Sequence record: OZ035820.1
DNA: 40,708 nt
DNA from: Przondovirus NAN33P2
Reading direction: 5' to 3' (one strand)
Shown: positions 9,099 to 19,473 of the stretch, piece by piece
How positions within the stretch are numbered: the first letter of the stretch is position 1
Layout of the letters: the number at the start of each line of letters is the position of its first letter
Translations under genes and position numbers: made by a program
Notes under the pieces: model-generated
Told to the model about the DNA's origin: nothing
What the model saw: the letters and a program-made list of their open reading frames with translations, nothing else
Database searches by the model: none

Positions 9099-9662
9099 AT
9101 GACTTACTCAATCGTTGTAACCATCTTGTTAATCGTATTAATCATCCTGTTAGTAAGGGCCGTCACACGACTCGGTGCCTGCGAGTACGCCCTTGAGAAG
9201 CAAGCCAAGAGCAACGAGGAGTACACAGAAGGCTTGCACGATAAGGTCTACCGCCTGTTTGCCGATAAGGTATCACTCAATAAGCAGGTGCGGTGGTTAG
9301 AGAGCGAGCTTGAACACGAGAAGCAGAAGGTACGCGATGTGAACGAACTACGGGAACACCAGCGGGGCCGCATGAAGTTCCTCCGCAAGTCCCTCAAGGA
9401 AGCACAAGATGAGCTGATGATGGTCTCAGGCCTGATTCACGTTAAGTTCACCGCTGTGTTACCAGACGGTACCCACTCCAAGACGCTCTTTAAGCTAGGG
9501 CTTGGCCCGTGTGGTCTCCACGTTAAGTCCCTCCGATGGACAGAGCTGGAGGACCGCTACCTGATAGACCAGCTGTGCACCAATGGCGAGCGTAAGCAGT
9601 TCGTCTACTACAAGAGCGAAGTAGTAGGACGCATCGAGTTCCGTCACGGTAAGTCTGAATAA
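9099..9662 (+). CDS. Hypothetical membrane-anchored coiled-coil protein (no T7 counterpart recognised)
   Basis: 187-aa ORF with AAGAGG RBS; N-terminal TM helix (IVVTILLIVLIILLV), central charged coiled-coil-like region, about 70-aa C-terminal domain; sits between gene 1 and gene 1.1 and is bracketed by two phage promoters. Confidence 0.6.
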   Translation: MTYSIVVTILLIVLIILLVRAVTRLGACEYALEKQAKSNEEYTEGLHDKVYRLFADKVSLNKQVRWLESELEHEKQKVRDVNELREHQRGRMKFLRKSLKEAQDELMMVSGLIHVKFTAVLPDGTHSKTLFKLGLGPCGLHVKSLRWTELEDRYLIDQLCTNGERKQFVYYKSEVVGRIEFRHGKSE

Positions 9663-9680
9663 GGTAGCACTATAGGAACA
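9658..9680 (+). promoter_or_regulatory. Phage RNAP promoter variant (phi1.1B-like)
   Basis: AATAAGGTAGCACTATAGGAACA; weaker variant overlapping the stop of the 187-aa ORF. Confidence 0.5.
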
Positions 9681-9681
9681 T

Positions 9682-9712
9682 ACTCAAGGTCATCGTTCGG
9701 TGGCCTTCATGA
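9682..9712 (+). promoter_or_regulatory. RNase III-type processing hairpin (R1.1-like)
   Basis: ACTCAAGGTCATCGTTCGGTGGCCTTCATGA; member of the conserved hairpin family. Confidence 0.5.
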
Positions 9713-9745
9713 ATGTCCCTTACTATCACAATCAGGAGCAACACC

Positions 9746-9925
9746 ATGTATCAGAACACCATCAACTTCGAGCGCAACCGTGAACGTCAGCAGACCGAGG
9801 GCTATATCCCTAAGGGCCGCAAGTTGAACAAGACAAAGCGCGGAGGCGGTGTGAAAGGTTCTTTCCGTAACGCCAAGGGTGACAGTGTTGTTAACCAAGA
9901 GAAATACTTCGTAGGGGGGGCGTAA
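9746..9925 (+). CDS. gp1.1: Gene 1.1 protein (small basic protein)
   Basis: 59 aa from ATG after AGGAG; contains GRKLNKTKR as in recalled T7 gp1.1. Confidence 0.7.
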   Translation: MYQNTINFERNRERQQTEGYIPKGRKLNKTKRGGGVKGSFRNAKGDSVVNQEKYFVGGA

Positions 9926-9928
9926 CAA

Positions 9929-10186
9929 ATGGCTACTGAAAAAAGATGGCTTTTCGATGGGAGCACCTCACAATGGTCTCGTTTAGGGGCAGCGGAGAGT
10001 AGACTACTGGATACGACAGGCCTGCACGTGGTCATGCTTGACGACCCATTCACTAACACAGTGCTGTTCAACGTGTTCGAGCAACGCGGGTCACTTCTAA
10101 TAAGTAAGCGGTTCAGCCACTGGTCGATTGACTCAGCGTCAGACTGGCTGGCAAAACTCACAGCTGACTACTCAAGTTGGAAATGA
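9929..10186 (+). CDS. gp1.2: Gene 1.2 protein (inhibitor of host dGTP triphosphohydrolase)
   Basis: 85 aa, same length as T7 gp1.2 and ending ...SWK (T7 ...DWK); position between 1.1 and ligase. Confidence 0.65.
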   Translation: MATEKRWLFDGSTSQWSRLGAAESRLLDTTGLHVVMLDDPFTNTVLFNVFEQRGSLLISKRFSHWSIDSASDWLAKLTADYSSWK

Positions 10187-10207
10187 TTAGGTAGCACTAT
10201 AGGCAGA
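10185..10207 (+). promoter_or_regulatory. Phage RNAP promoter (phi1.3-like)
   Basis: GATTAGGTAGCACTATAGGCAGA upstream of the ligase gene. Confidence 0.6.
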
Positions 10208-10240
10208 CTCAAGGTCATCGGATTCCGGTGGCCTTTATGA
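10207..10240 (+). promoter_or_regulatory. RNase III-type processing hairpin (R1.3-like)
   Basis: ACTCAAGGTCATCGGATTCCGGTGGCCTTTATGA with a 9-bp stem (GGTCATCGG / CCGGTGGCC). Confidence 0.55.
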
Positions 10241-10286
10241 TTGCTTATTGCACACTAAATGAACACTACACTCTGGAGACATCCTC

Positions 10287-11393
10287 ATGATGAACATTAA
10301 TACCAACCCCTTTAAGGCTGTATCCTACGTACGCTCTGCTATCGAGAAGGCGCTGGAGACTTCCGGTTACCTCATCGCAGACACTAAGCACGATGGTGTG
10401 CGCGGGAACATTTGCGTAGACAACACGGCTAACTCAGCGTGGCTCAGCAGGGTCTCCAAGACCATTCCGGCCCTTGAGCACCTCAACGGTTTCGACCAGC
10501 GCTGGCAGAAGTTACTGAAAGATGACCGCTGGATTTTCCCGGACGGCTTTATGCTTGATGGAGAACTCATGGTCAAAGGTGTTGACTTCAACACCGGGTC
10601 TGGCCTGCTGCGCACCAAGTGGCTGAAGAAATATAACATGGAGTACCACAATGTCCCAGTAACACCAGACATGCTGAAGCCACGCAAGGTTGGTGTTGCT
10701 AAACGTGTTCGTACTGAGTTTAGACTATCTACCGAACATCTACGTGTTGTCCTCTACGACATCATTCCGCTTGACATTATCGAGTCCGGTGATGACTACA
10801 ACGTGATGACCCTCCTGCGCCTTGAGCACGTCAAGGTAGCCTTACCAATCCTGCAAGACCACTTCCCGGAAGTCGAGTGGTGCCTCTCGGAGTCCCATGA
10901 AGTTTACGACATGGACGAACTCGATGCGCTGTACCGACAGAAACGCGAAGAAGGTCACGAAGGTCTGGTGGTTAAGGACCCTCGCGGTATCTATAAGCGT
11001 GGTAAGAAGTCCGGCTGGTGGAAGCTGAAGCCAGAGAATGAGGCTGATGGTATCGTTGTGGGACTCAACTGGGGAACTCCCGGTCTCGCCAACGAGGGCA
11101 AAGTGATTGGCTTCGAGGTCCTCCTTGAGTCCGGTCGCGTGGTGTCCGCCAACAACATCTCTCAGGCACTTATTAGGGAGTTTACAAAGAAAGTCGGTGG
11201 GGCGAACTTTGAAGACTACGGTGACTGGTGCATGACCGACCCGTCCGATATAGAAAGACTGTGCAAGGTCAACCCATACCACGGCTGGGCGTGCCAAATC
11301 AAGTACATGGAGGAAACTCCAGACGGCTCTCTGCGTCACCCATCTTTCGACAAATGGCGCGGTACCGAGGCGGACCCTACCGTTAAGATGTAA
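10287..11393 (+). CDS. gp1.3: ATP-dependent DNA ligase
   Basis: 368 aa; adenylation motif KHDGVRG; long identical stretches to recalled T7 ligase (NICVDNTANS, WLSRVSKTIPALEHLNGFD, YMEETPDGSLRHPSF). Confidence 0.95.
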   Translation: MMNINTNPFKAVSYVRSAIEKALETSGYLIADTKHDGVRGNICVDNTANSAWLSRVSKTIPALEHLNGFDQRWQKLLKDDRWIFPDGFMLDGELMVKGVDFNTGSGLLRTKWLKKYNMEYHNVPVTPDMLKPRKVGVAKRVRTEFRLSTEHLRVVLYDIIPLDIIESGDDYNVMTLLRLEHVKVALPILQDHFPEVEWCLSESHEVYDMDELDALYRQKREEGHEGLVVKDPRGIYKRGKKSGWWKLKPENEADGIVVGLNWGTPGLANEGKVIGFEVLLESGRVVSANNISQALIREFTKKVGGANFEDYGDWCMTDPSDIERLCKVNPYHGWACQIKYMEETPDGSLRHPSFDKWRGTEADPTVKM

Positions 11394-11414
11394 TTAGGTA
11401 GCACTACAGGAGAC
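11392..11414 (+). promoter_or_regulatory. Phage RNAP promoter variant (phi1.5-like)
   Basis: AATTAGGTAGCACTACAGGAGAC (ACTACAGG variant) overlapping the ligase stop. Confidence 0.55.
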
Positions 11415-11420
11415 AACAAC

Positions 11421-11507
11421 ATGTCCATCAATCTGATTCTAATCATCGTGTTCATCCTCGCGGCTATCGTGTGGTCAATGAACGACGAGCCACCCAAAGG
11501 AGCATAA
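11421..11507 (+). CDS. Small hydrophobic peptide, gene 1.5-like
   Basis: 28-aa ORF ([28 protein letters not shown]) right after the promoter; T7 gene 1.5 is of similar size; too short for the ORF track. Confidence 0.35.
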   Translation: MSINLILIIVFILAAIVWSMNDEPPKGA

Positions 11508-11509
11508 CC

Positions 11510-11773
11510 ATGCGCTTACACTTCAACAAATCAAACGGTATCTTCTCGGTTCGCCGGGAGGACCGCAGCACTGTAGCGGCCTCGGAGCGCCACGGTAAGA
11601 TTCCACGTATCGGCGACACCTTCGAGCTGGCACCTCGTGTTCACATCTTGGTTACTCGCGGTCTCTACGAATTGGCTCAAACTAAGAGCCGTCCTTTCGT
11701 ACCCGTTGTGGTAACCAAGTGGCCACGCCTTCGCCTGTTCTTGGAGCGCATCAAGGAGGTGGTCAATGACTGA
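11510..11773 (+). CDS. gp1.6: Gene 1.6-like protein
   Basis: 87 aa from ATG after AAAGGAG; size and position match T7 gp1.6 (88 aa). Confidence 0.55.
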   Translation: MRLHFNKSNGIFSVRREDRSTVAASERHGKIPRIGDTFELAPRVHILVTRGLYELAQTKSRPFVPVVVTKWPRLRLFLERIKEVVND

Positions 11774-12191
11774 GCGTGAAATTCAAGTGGTGAACCTGCT
11801 TGTTGAACAAAACACTGACCGCCCAGACTCCACAACGTGCGCTGATGGTGCCTCATGCGACAAGGTATCGTGCAGCGAGTGTCCGCTAGGCGTCAAAGGT
11901 ACGACCATTGGTGAGGTCCGCACAATGAAGGACAGCAAGGCTCCGAGTGTAGAATACGACGGAGTCAAGCAGCCAAGTCACTACCAGCTGTTCGGAGGAA
12001 TCGAGGCCATTGAGGTGATTGCTCGCAGTATGACTCAGGAGATGTTCAAGGGGTACTGCCTCGGGAACATCCTCAAGTACCGCCTTCGGGCCGGGAAGAA
12101 GTCAGAGCTGGCCACCTTAGAGAAAGACATGGCTAAGGCCGCTTTCTATCTGGAACTATACGAGAAACACAAGGGGTTGTGTCATGATTGA
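11766..12191 (+). CDS. gp1.7: Gene 1.7-like protein (nucleotide kinase family homologue)
   Basis: 141 aa; start overlaps the 1.6 stop (ATGACTGA); cysteine-rich N-terminus and conserved C-terminal block ([18 protein letters not shown]...[11 protein letters not shown]); shorter than T7 gp1.7. Confidence 0.5.
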   Translation: MTEREIQVVNLLVEQNTDRPDSTTCADGASCDKVSCSECPLGVKGTTIGEVRTMKDSKAPSVEYDGVKQPSHYQLFGGIEAIEVIARSMTQEMFKGYCLGNILKYRLRAGKKSELATLEKDMAKAAFYLELYEKHKGLCHD

Positions 12192-12321
12192 GTTAACACC
12201 GAGTCGTATTGAAATCCTGAAGTATTGGGCGAAGGACTTCCTCAGAATCTACCAGACTGAGGACTTCACCAAGGAGGAGCTTGAGTTCATAGAGGAGATT
12301 CTCAGTAATGAACCCGAGTGA
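12184..12321 (+). CDS. Gene 1.8-like small acidic protein
   Basis: 45-aa ORF overlapping the 1.7 stop; similar in size to T7 gp1.8 (48 aa). Confidence 0.35.
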   Translation: MIELTPSRIEILKYWAKDFLRIYQTEDFTKEELEFIEEILSNEPE

Positions 12322-12398
12322 CTGGTGCCGAGCGATGTACGAGAAGACGCTCGACCCTGCGTACATCACCCTGTATAACATGTGGAAGGAGCGAGAAG

Positions 12399-12563
12399 AT
12401 GCAAAAGTTTGTCGTAACGGTCGAGACAGCTAACGCATCGTACGAACTCCCGGTACACGCTGGGTCTCTTGAGGAGGCCCTAGAAGTTGCCGAGGCGGAG
12501 TACGAAGAGTTAGGCCAAGTGACCCGGGTACGACCGGATACTAATTTCGGGTTCGACCTGTAG
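12399..12563 (+). CDS. gp2: Inhibitor of host RNA polymerase (Gp2-like)
   Basis: 54 aa from ATG after GGAAGGAG; ...EEALEVAEAEY...VTRVRP resembles recalled T7 Gp2 (DEALELAEWQY...VTRVRP). The six-frame ORF begins upstream at 12318; the RBS-supported ATG was chosen. Confidence 0.65.
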   Translation: MQKFVVTVETANASYELPVHAGSLEEALEVAEAEYEELGQVTRVRPDTNFGFDL

Positions 12564-12564
12564 T

Positions 12565-12587
12565 CATTAGGTAGCACTATAGGGACA
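12565..12587 (+). promoter_or_regulatory. Phage RNAP promoter (phi2.5-like)
   Basis: CATTAGGTAGCACTATAGGGACA followed by a short hairpin (GGGACACAGGTTGTCCC). Confidence 0.65.
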
Positions 12588-12628
12588 CAGGTTGTCCCTC
12601 TTACTGTTTAAACTTAAGGAGATTCATC

Positions 12629-13324
12629 ATGGCATTCGCTAAGAAGAAAATTTACACCACCAAGATTGGTACCTGTGAGCCGTACGCTTACTTCAACAAG
12701 CCGGACTATGGCGGTGAGGGTTTTGAGAACCCACGCGGTACCTACAAGGGTTCCGTAACGTTCAAGAACGAAGACTGTCAGGAGCTGGTAGATCTCATCG
12801 TTAAGACCCATGAGGAAAACTACGCGGCCCGTCTGGAAGCGCACGAAGCGAACCAGCCGAAGGTTCAGAAGGGTAAGAAACCTCTGAAGCCGTACGAAGG
12901 CGACATGCCGTTCTTCGACAACGGTGATGGTACAACCACGTTCAACTTCAAGTGCTACGGTTCGTACGAGGACAAGAAGACTGGCGAGACCAAGAAGATT
13001 GTTCTGGGCGTAGTAGACGCGAAGGGCAAGCGCATCCAAGACGTTCCGATTATCGGCGGCGGGTCCAAAGTGAAGATTCGCTTCTCGCTGGTACCGTACG
13101 GCTGGTCTGCGGTAGCTGGCGCTTCCGTTAAGTTGCAGCTGGAAGGCGTGATGCTGGTCGAACTGGCTACCTTTGGTGGTGGCGAAGACGACTGGGCTGA
13201 CGAAGCCGTAGAAGGCGGTTACGAAGCTGACGAACCTCGCAGCCGTAAACCTCAGGAAGACCCGGAAGACTGGTCTGGTGAGGAAGCTGACGAGGGCGAA
13301 GCCGAAGAAGACGATGACTTCTAA
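12629..13324 (+). CDS. gp2.5: Single-stranded DNA-binding protein
   Basis: 231 aa; acidic C-terminal tail ending ...EEDDDF as in T7 gp2.5; TTAAGGAG RBS. Confidence 0.9.
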   Translation: MAFAKKKIYTTKIGTCEPYAYFNKPDYGGEGFENPRGTYKGSVTFKNEDCQELVDLIVKTHEENYAARLEAHEANQPKVQKGKKPLKPYEGDMPFFDNGDGTTTFNFKCYGSYEDKKTGETKKIVLGVVDAKGKRIQDVPIIGGGSKVKIRFSLVPYGWSAVAGASVKLQLEGVMLVELATFGGGEDDWADEAVEGGYEADEPRSRKPQEDPEDWSGEEADEGEAEEDDDF

Positions 13325-13773
13325 TGGCGGGCTATGGGGCCAAAGGGATTCGGAAGGTGGGTGCCTTCCGGTCTGGCCTTGAGGACAAGGTGTCCAAGCA
13401 GTTAGAATCAAAGGGCGTCACGTTCGACTACGAATTGTGGCGCATCCCTTACGTTATTCCTGCGAGTGACCACCTTTACACTCCAGACTTCTTGCTACCT
13501 AACGGCATCTTCGTGGAGACTAAGGGTCTCTGGGAAGCCGAGGACCGCAAGAAGCACCTACTGATTCGTGAGCAATACCCGGAGTTAGACATCCGGTTAG
13601 TGTTCTCATCGAGTCGCACTAAGATTTACAAAGGGTCACCAACCAGTTACGCTGAGTGGTGCGAGAAGCATAACATCTTGTTTGCCGACAAATTGATTCC
13701 CGTAGACTGGCTGAAGGAGCCGAAGCGTGATGTACCGTTCGGCAAGTTCAAGCAGAAGAAAGGAGCAAAGTAA
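13324..13773 (+). CDS. gp3: Endonuclease I (Holliday junction resolvase)
   Basis: 149 aa; near-identical to recalled T7 gp3 (MAGYGAKGIRKVGAFRSGLEDKVSKQLESKG..., PDFLLPNGIFVETKGLWE). Confidence 0.95.
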   Translation: MAGYGAKGIRKVGAFRSGLEDKVSKQLESKGVTFDYELWRIPYVIPASDHLYTPDFLLPNGIFVETKGLWEAEDRKKHLLIREQYPELDIRLVFSSSRTKIYKGSPTSYAEWCEKHNILFADKLIPVDWLKEPKRDVPFGKFKQKKGAK

Positions 13774-13775
13774 GT

Positions 13776-14231
13776 ATGGCCAAGGTTCAATTCACTAAGC
13801 GACAGGAGACCTCTCAGATTTTCGTTCACTGTTCAGCCACCAAGGCAACCATGGACGTAGGTGTTCGTGAGATTCGTCAGTGGCACAAAGAGCAGGGCTG
13901 GCTGGATGTGGGGTATCACTTCATTATCCGTCGTGACGGTACCGTAGAGGCAGGCCGTGACCAAGACGCTGTAGGTTCTCATGTCAAGGGATACAACTCG
14001 ACTTCTGTCGGTGTGTGTCTGGTAGGCGGTATTGACGCCAAGGGCAACCCTGAGGCAAACTTCACGCCAGCCCAGATGCAGTCTCTTCGCTCACTGCTGG
14101 TAGAACTGAAGGCGCAATACGCTGGGGCAGTGTTGATGGCACACCACGATGTAGCACCGAAGGCTTGCCCTAGCTTCGACCTGAAGCGCTGGTGGGAGAA
14201 GAACGAATTGGTCACTTCTGACCGTGGGTAA
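13776..14231 (+). CDS. gp3.5: Lysozyme / N-acetylmuramoyl-L-alanine amidase (also RNAP inhibitor in T7)
   Basis: 151 aa, same length as T7 gp3.5; amidase_2-like motifs (HCSAT, GYHF, AHHD). Confidence 0.9.
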   Translation: MAKVQFTKRQETSQIFVHCSATKATMDVGVREIRQWHKEQGWLDVGYHFIIRRDGTVEAGRDQDAVGSHVKGYNSTSVGVCLVGGIDAKGNPEANFTPAQMQSLRSLLVELKAQYAGAVLMAHHDVAPKACPSFDLKRWWEKNELVTSDRG

Positions 14232-14232
14232 A

Positions 14233-14255
14233 CATTAAGTAGCACTACAGGGAGA
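14233..14255 (+). promoter_or_regulatory. Phage RNAP promoter variant (phi3.8-like)
   Basis: CATTAAGTAGCACTACAGGGAGA after gene 3.5. Confidence 0.55.
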
Positions 14256-14294
14256 CAATCGCGTTTCCCTGTTGTCGCTTTAGGAGATTACTTT

Positions 14295-16297
<2,003 letters not shown>

Positions 16298-16317
16298 TCA
16301 ACCTAAGGAGAACCATC

Positions 16318-16527
16318 ATGTTTAAACTTATCGAAGCATTAGGCCGTCTGGTCATCGCGCTGTACGTACGTGAAGCCAAGGCACTGGACAAAGCGTCCAA
16401 GGTGGAAGCAGAAGCAGCCGCTAAGCTGGCTAAGGCCGCCGACAAGGCACGTCAGGCATCTCTGGATGCAACCGCAGAGGCAGCGAAAGTTGCACTTAAA
16501 GCTCAGAAACTTAAGGAGTTCTTCTAA
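16318..16527 (+). CDS. gp4.3: Gene 4.3-like protein
   Basis: 69 aa from ATG after AAGGAG; MFKLIEALGRLV... and ending ...KLKEFF resemble recalled T7 gp4.3 (MFKLIKKLGQLL...; ...SKFFE). Confidence 0.6.
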   Translation: MFKLIEALGRLVIALYVREAKALDKASKVEAEAAAKLAKAADKARQASLDATAEAAKVALKAQKLKEFF

Positions 16528-16838
16528 TGACTACCAAAGCTAAATTCCCCGGCAACACCATCCAGCTGTCCGACACTGTAGACCAGTGGGGCCGCAAGGT
16601 TCACATCAACGTTCGCAACGACAAGGTGACTCTGGTCTACCGCTGGAAGGCTAAGAGCGATAACCGTGCGCACACTCAGCGTGTGACCCTCGACGACACA
16701 CAGGCAGCTCGCTTACTGGCATCCGTAGCCGTAGCCGCTACTGTAGCTGTTGGTGAGGACAAGGTCCGTGAGGCTATCCTGAGTAAAGAGGTAGGCTCAA
16801 CGGCAACTCGACTGGCCGAAGCGTCAGAAGCCAAGTGA
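16527..16838 (+). CDS. Gene 4.5-like hypothetical protein
   Basis: 103-aa ORF; ATG overlaps the 4.3 stop (TAATG); assigned by position. Confidence 0.5.
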   Translation: MTTKAKFPGNTIQLSDTVDQWGRKVHINVRNDKVTLVYRWKAKSDNRAHTQRVTLDDTQAARLLASVAVAATVAVGEDKVREAILSKEVGSTATRLAEASEAK

Positions 16839-16841
16839 TAA

Positions 16842-16877
16842 ACTCAAGGTCATTACTATATGTAGTGGCCTTTATGA
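16842..16877 (+). promoter_or_regulatory. RNase III-type processing hairpin (R4.7-like)
   Basis: ACTCAAGGTCATTACTATATGTAGTGGCCTTTATGA; nearly identical to the copy at 291-325. Confidence 0.55.
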
Positions 16878-16907
16878 TTATCATACACAACATATTGAGG
16901 AGAGGTC

Positions 16908-17360
16908 ATGAAAGTTTGTTCGAAATGTGGCAATGGTAAGCCGCTCTCTGAGTTCGGTAAAGCATCCCGCATGAAGGACGGCTTGAGGACTTGGTGTAAA
17001 GAGTGTGTGAGGAGGGACAACAACGATCGGTACCACAAACACGATGCGGAGCGAAGGGCTGAGCACAGGTGGCGGTCACGTAAGTCGCAGATAAAGAAGT
17101 ACGGTATCACAGTGGAGCAGTACGAGGCCATGTGGGAATCGCAGGGTGGGAGGTGTAAGATATGTGGAGACGCTGTAGCGGTGCACTCAGAAAACCGTCA
17201 CGAAGTCGCGTGTATTGACCATTGTCACGAGACCTTAAAGGTTAGAGGTCTTTTGTGCTGGCACTGTAACATCGGGCTTGGTAAGTTCTTTGATAACACA
17301 GAGCGCCTTAAGGCTGCTATAGAATATCTGGAGGTACACAGTGTTAGTGATGGACATTGA
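16908..17360 (+). CDS. HNH endonuclease, Endonuclease VII-like
   Basis: 150 aa; N-terminal CxxC...CxxC zinc knuckle (CSKCGNGKP...CKEC) and C-terminal HNH core (CIDHCHETLKVRGLLCWHCNIGLG); GAGGAG RBS; 3' end overlaps the gene 5 start. Confidence 0.7.
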   Translation: MKVCSKCGNGKPLSEFGKASRMKDGLRTWCKECVRRDNNDRYHKHDAERRAEHRWRSRKSQIKKYGITVEQYEAMWESQGGRCKICGDAVAVHSENRHEVACIDHCHETLKVRGLLCWHCNIGLGKFFDNTERLKAAIEYLEVHSVSDGH

Positions 17361-19455
17361 AGCAAACAACCTTTTAGAGAACGCTACGCAGTTTCACTGT
17401 GGCGTGCTTTATGATTACGCAACAGGTGACTACACATCTTATAGACCTTGGGACTTCTCTGCGTACTTGGACGCCATGGAGGATGAAGTCGCCCGTGGAG
17501 GCCTTATCGTGGGGCACAACATCACCAAGTATGATGCCCCAGTGTTAACCAAGCTGGCCAAGCTCCAGTTAAACCGAGAGTTCCACCTGCCGCGTGAGAA
17601 CGTAGTGGACACGTTGGTGCTCAGTCGTTTGCTGTTTGCGAACATTAAGGACACCGACATGACCCTGCTGCGCTCCGGGAAGTTACCCGGTAAGCGCTTC
17701 GGGTCTCACGCTCTGGAGGCGTGGGGTTACCGCTTAGGCGAGATGAAGGGTGAGTACAAGGACGACTTCAAGAAGCTCCTTGAGGAACAGGGAGAGGATT
17801 ACGTCGATGGTGCTGAGTGGATTAGCTTCAACGAGCCGATGATGGCGTATAACGTTCAGGACGTTGTGGTGACCAAGGCTCTCCTTGAGAAGCTGCTGAG
17901 CGACAAGCACTACTTCCCAGCTGGTATAGACTTCACGGATGTCGGCGAGACAACCTTCTGGTCAGAGTCCTGCGAGGCCGTCTGGTTGGAACACCGAGCC
18001 GCTTGGTTACTCGCTAAGCAGGAGCGTAACGGATTCCCGTTCAACACCAAGGCCATCGAGGAACTCTACGTTGAACTCGCTGGTCGTCGTTCTGAACTCC
18101 TTCAGACACTCACCGACACTTTCGGAACTTGGTATCAGCCTAAGGGTGGCACTGAGTTATTCCTGCACCCGCGAACTGGGAAGCCTCTGGGGAAATACCC
18201 GCGAGTGAAGTACCCGAAGCAGGGTGCCATCTACAAGAAACCCAAGAACAAAGCTCAGCGTGAGGGTCGTGAACCATGCGAGCTGGACACTCGGGATTAC
18301 GTAGAGGGCGCTCCATATACACCAGTAGAGCACGTTGTGTTCAACCCTAGTAGCCGAGACCACATTGCGCTCAAGCTGAAGGAAGCCGGATGGGTACCGA
18401 CAGAGTTCACCGATAAAGGTGCACCTAAGGTAGACGACGAGGTCCTTGAGCATGTGCGTGTGGAAGACCCTGAGAAGCAGCGCTGCATTGACCTCATCAA
18501 AGAGTACCTGATGATACAGAAGCGTATCGGTCAGGCGGCTGAGGGCGACAAAGCGTGGCTACGTTACGTTCAAGAGGATGGTAAAATCCATGGTTCAGTC
18601 AATCCTAATGGTGCCGTTACGGGCCGAGCGACTCACAGCTTCCCGAACCTCGGACAAGTGCCGGGTGTTCGAAGTCCTTACGGCGAGCCTTGCAGGGCTG
18701 CTTTTGGTGCTGAGCATCACCTTGACGGCCTCACTGGTTTACCTTGGGTACAAGCTGGTATCGACGCCTCCGGTCTGGAACTGCGGTGTCTCGCACACTT
18801 CATGTCCAAGTACGACGGGGGAGCTTATGCAGACGTTATTCTTAACGGGGACATCCACACGGTAAACCAGCAGGCCGCTGAGTTGCCGACTCGTGACAAC
18901 GCGAAGACCTTTATCTACGGATTCCTTTACGGAGCAGGCGACGAGAAGATTGGACAAATCGTCGGAGCAGGTAAGGAACGCGGAAAGGAACTCAAGAAGA
19001 AATTCCTTGAGAACACCCCAGCAATCGCAGCGTTGCGTGAAGGAATCCAGCAGACCCTCGTCGAGTCATCCAGATGGGTCGCAGGAGAGCAGAAGGTCAA
19101 GTGGAAACGACGCTGGATTAAGGGACTGGATGGAAGAAAGGTACACGTTCGGTCACCACATGCCGCGCTCAACACGTTGCTTCAATCAGCGGGTGCGCTC
19201 ATTTGTAAGCTGTGGATTGTCGAGACTGAAGAGTTGCTCCTCAAGGCTGGCTTGAAGCACGGCTGGGATGGTGACTTTGCGTACATGGCGTGGGTCCACG
19301 ATGAAATCCAAGTGGCCTGCCGGACACCTGAGATTGCACAGCAGGTGATTGACATTGCGCAACAAGCTATGCGCAACGTTGGGGAACACTTCAAGTTCCG
19401 TTGCCGTCTGGATACAGAAGGTAAGATGGGTCCGAACTGGGCCGTATGTCACTAA
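17341..19455 (+). CDS. gp5: DNA polymerase (family A) with 3'-5' exonuclease
   Basis: 704 aa, same length as T7 gp5 and collinear with it (DIEANNLLE, FHCGV.YDY, thioredoxin-binding region, C-terminal KMGPNWA.CH); start is GTG 17341, 6 nt after GGAGG. Confidence 0.95.
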   Translation: MLVMDIEANNLLENATQFHCGVLYDYATGDYTSYRPWDFSAYLDAMEDEVARGGLIVGHNITKYDAPVLTKLAKLQLNREFHLPRENVVDTLVLSRLLFANIKDTDMTLLRSGKLPGKRFGSHALEAWGYRLGEMKGEYKDDFKKLLEEQGEDYVDGAEWISFNEPMMAYNVQDVVVTKALLEKLLSDKHYFPAGIDFTDVGETTFWSESCEAVWLEHRAAWLLAKQERNGFPFNTKAIEELYVELAGRRSELLQTLTDTFGTWYQPKGGTELFLHPRTGKPLGKYPRVKYPKQGAIYKKPKNKAQREGREPCELDTRDYVEGAPYTPVEHVVFNPSSRDHIALKLKEAGWVPTEFTDKGAPKVDDEVLEHVRVEDPEKQRCIDLIKEYLMIQKRIGQAAEGDKAWLRYVQEDGKIHGSVNPNGAVTGRATHSFPNLGQVPGVRSPYGEPCRAAFGAEHHLDGLTGLPWVQAGIDASGLELRCLAHFMSKYDGGAYADVILNGDIHTVNQQAAELPTRDNAKTFIYGFLYGAGDEKIGQIVGAGKERGKELKKKFLENTPAIAALREGIQQTLVESSRWVAGEQKVKWKRRWIKGLDGRKVHVRSPHAALNTLLQSAGALICKLWIVETEELLLKAGLKHGWDGDFAYMAWVHDEIQVACRTPEIAQQVIDIAQQAMRNVGEHFKFRCRLDTEGKMGPNWAVCH

Positions 19456-19473
19456 TAATACAGGAGATTTATC

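Noticed and set aside
11394-11470. Possible early transcription terminator (TE) after the ligase gene
   Set aside because: T7 has TE just after gene 1.3, but no GC-rich hairpin followed by a U-run is visible here; the promoter follows immediately.
12345-12443. 32-aa ORF (MYEKTLDPAY...) between gene 1.8 and gene 2
   Set aside because: Overlaps the better-supported gene 2 start and RBS in another frame; not reported as a feature.
12614-13411. 265-aa reverse-strand ORF antisense to genes 2.5 and 3
   Set aside because: Lies opposite two strongly supported + strand genes, has no RBS or promoter context and a low-complexity composition; T7-like genomes are transcribed from one strand only.
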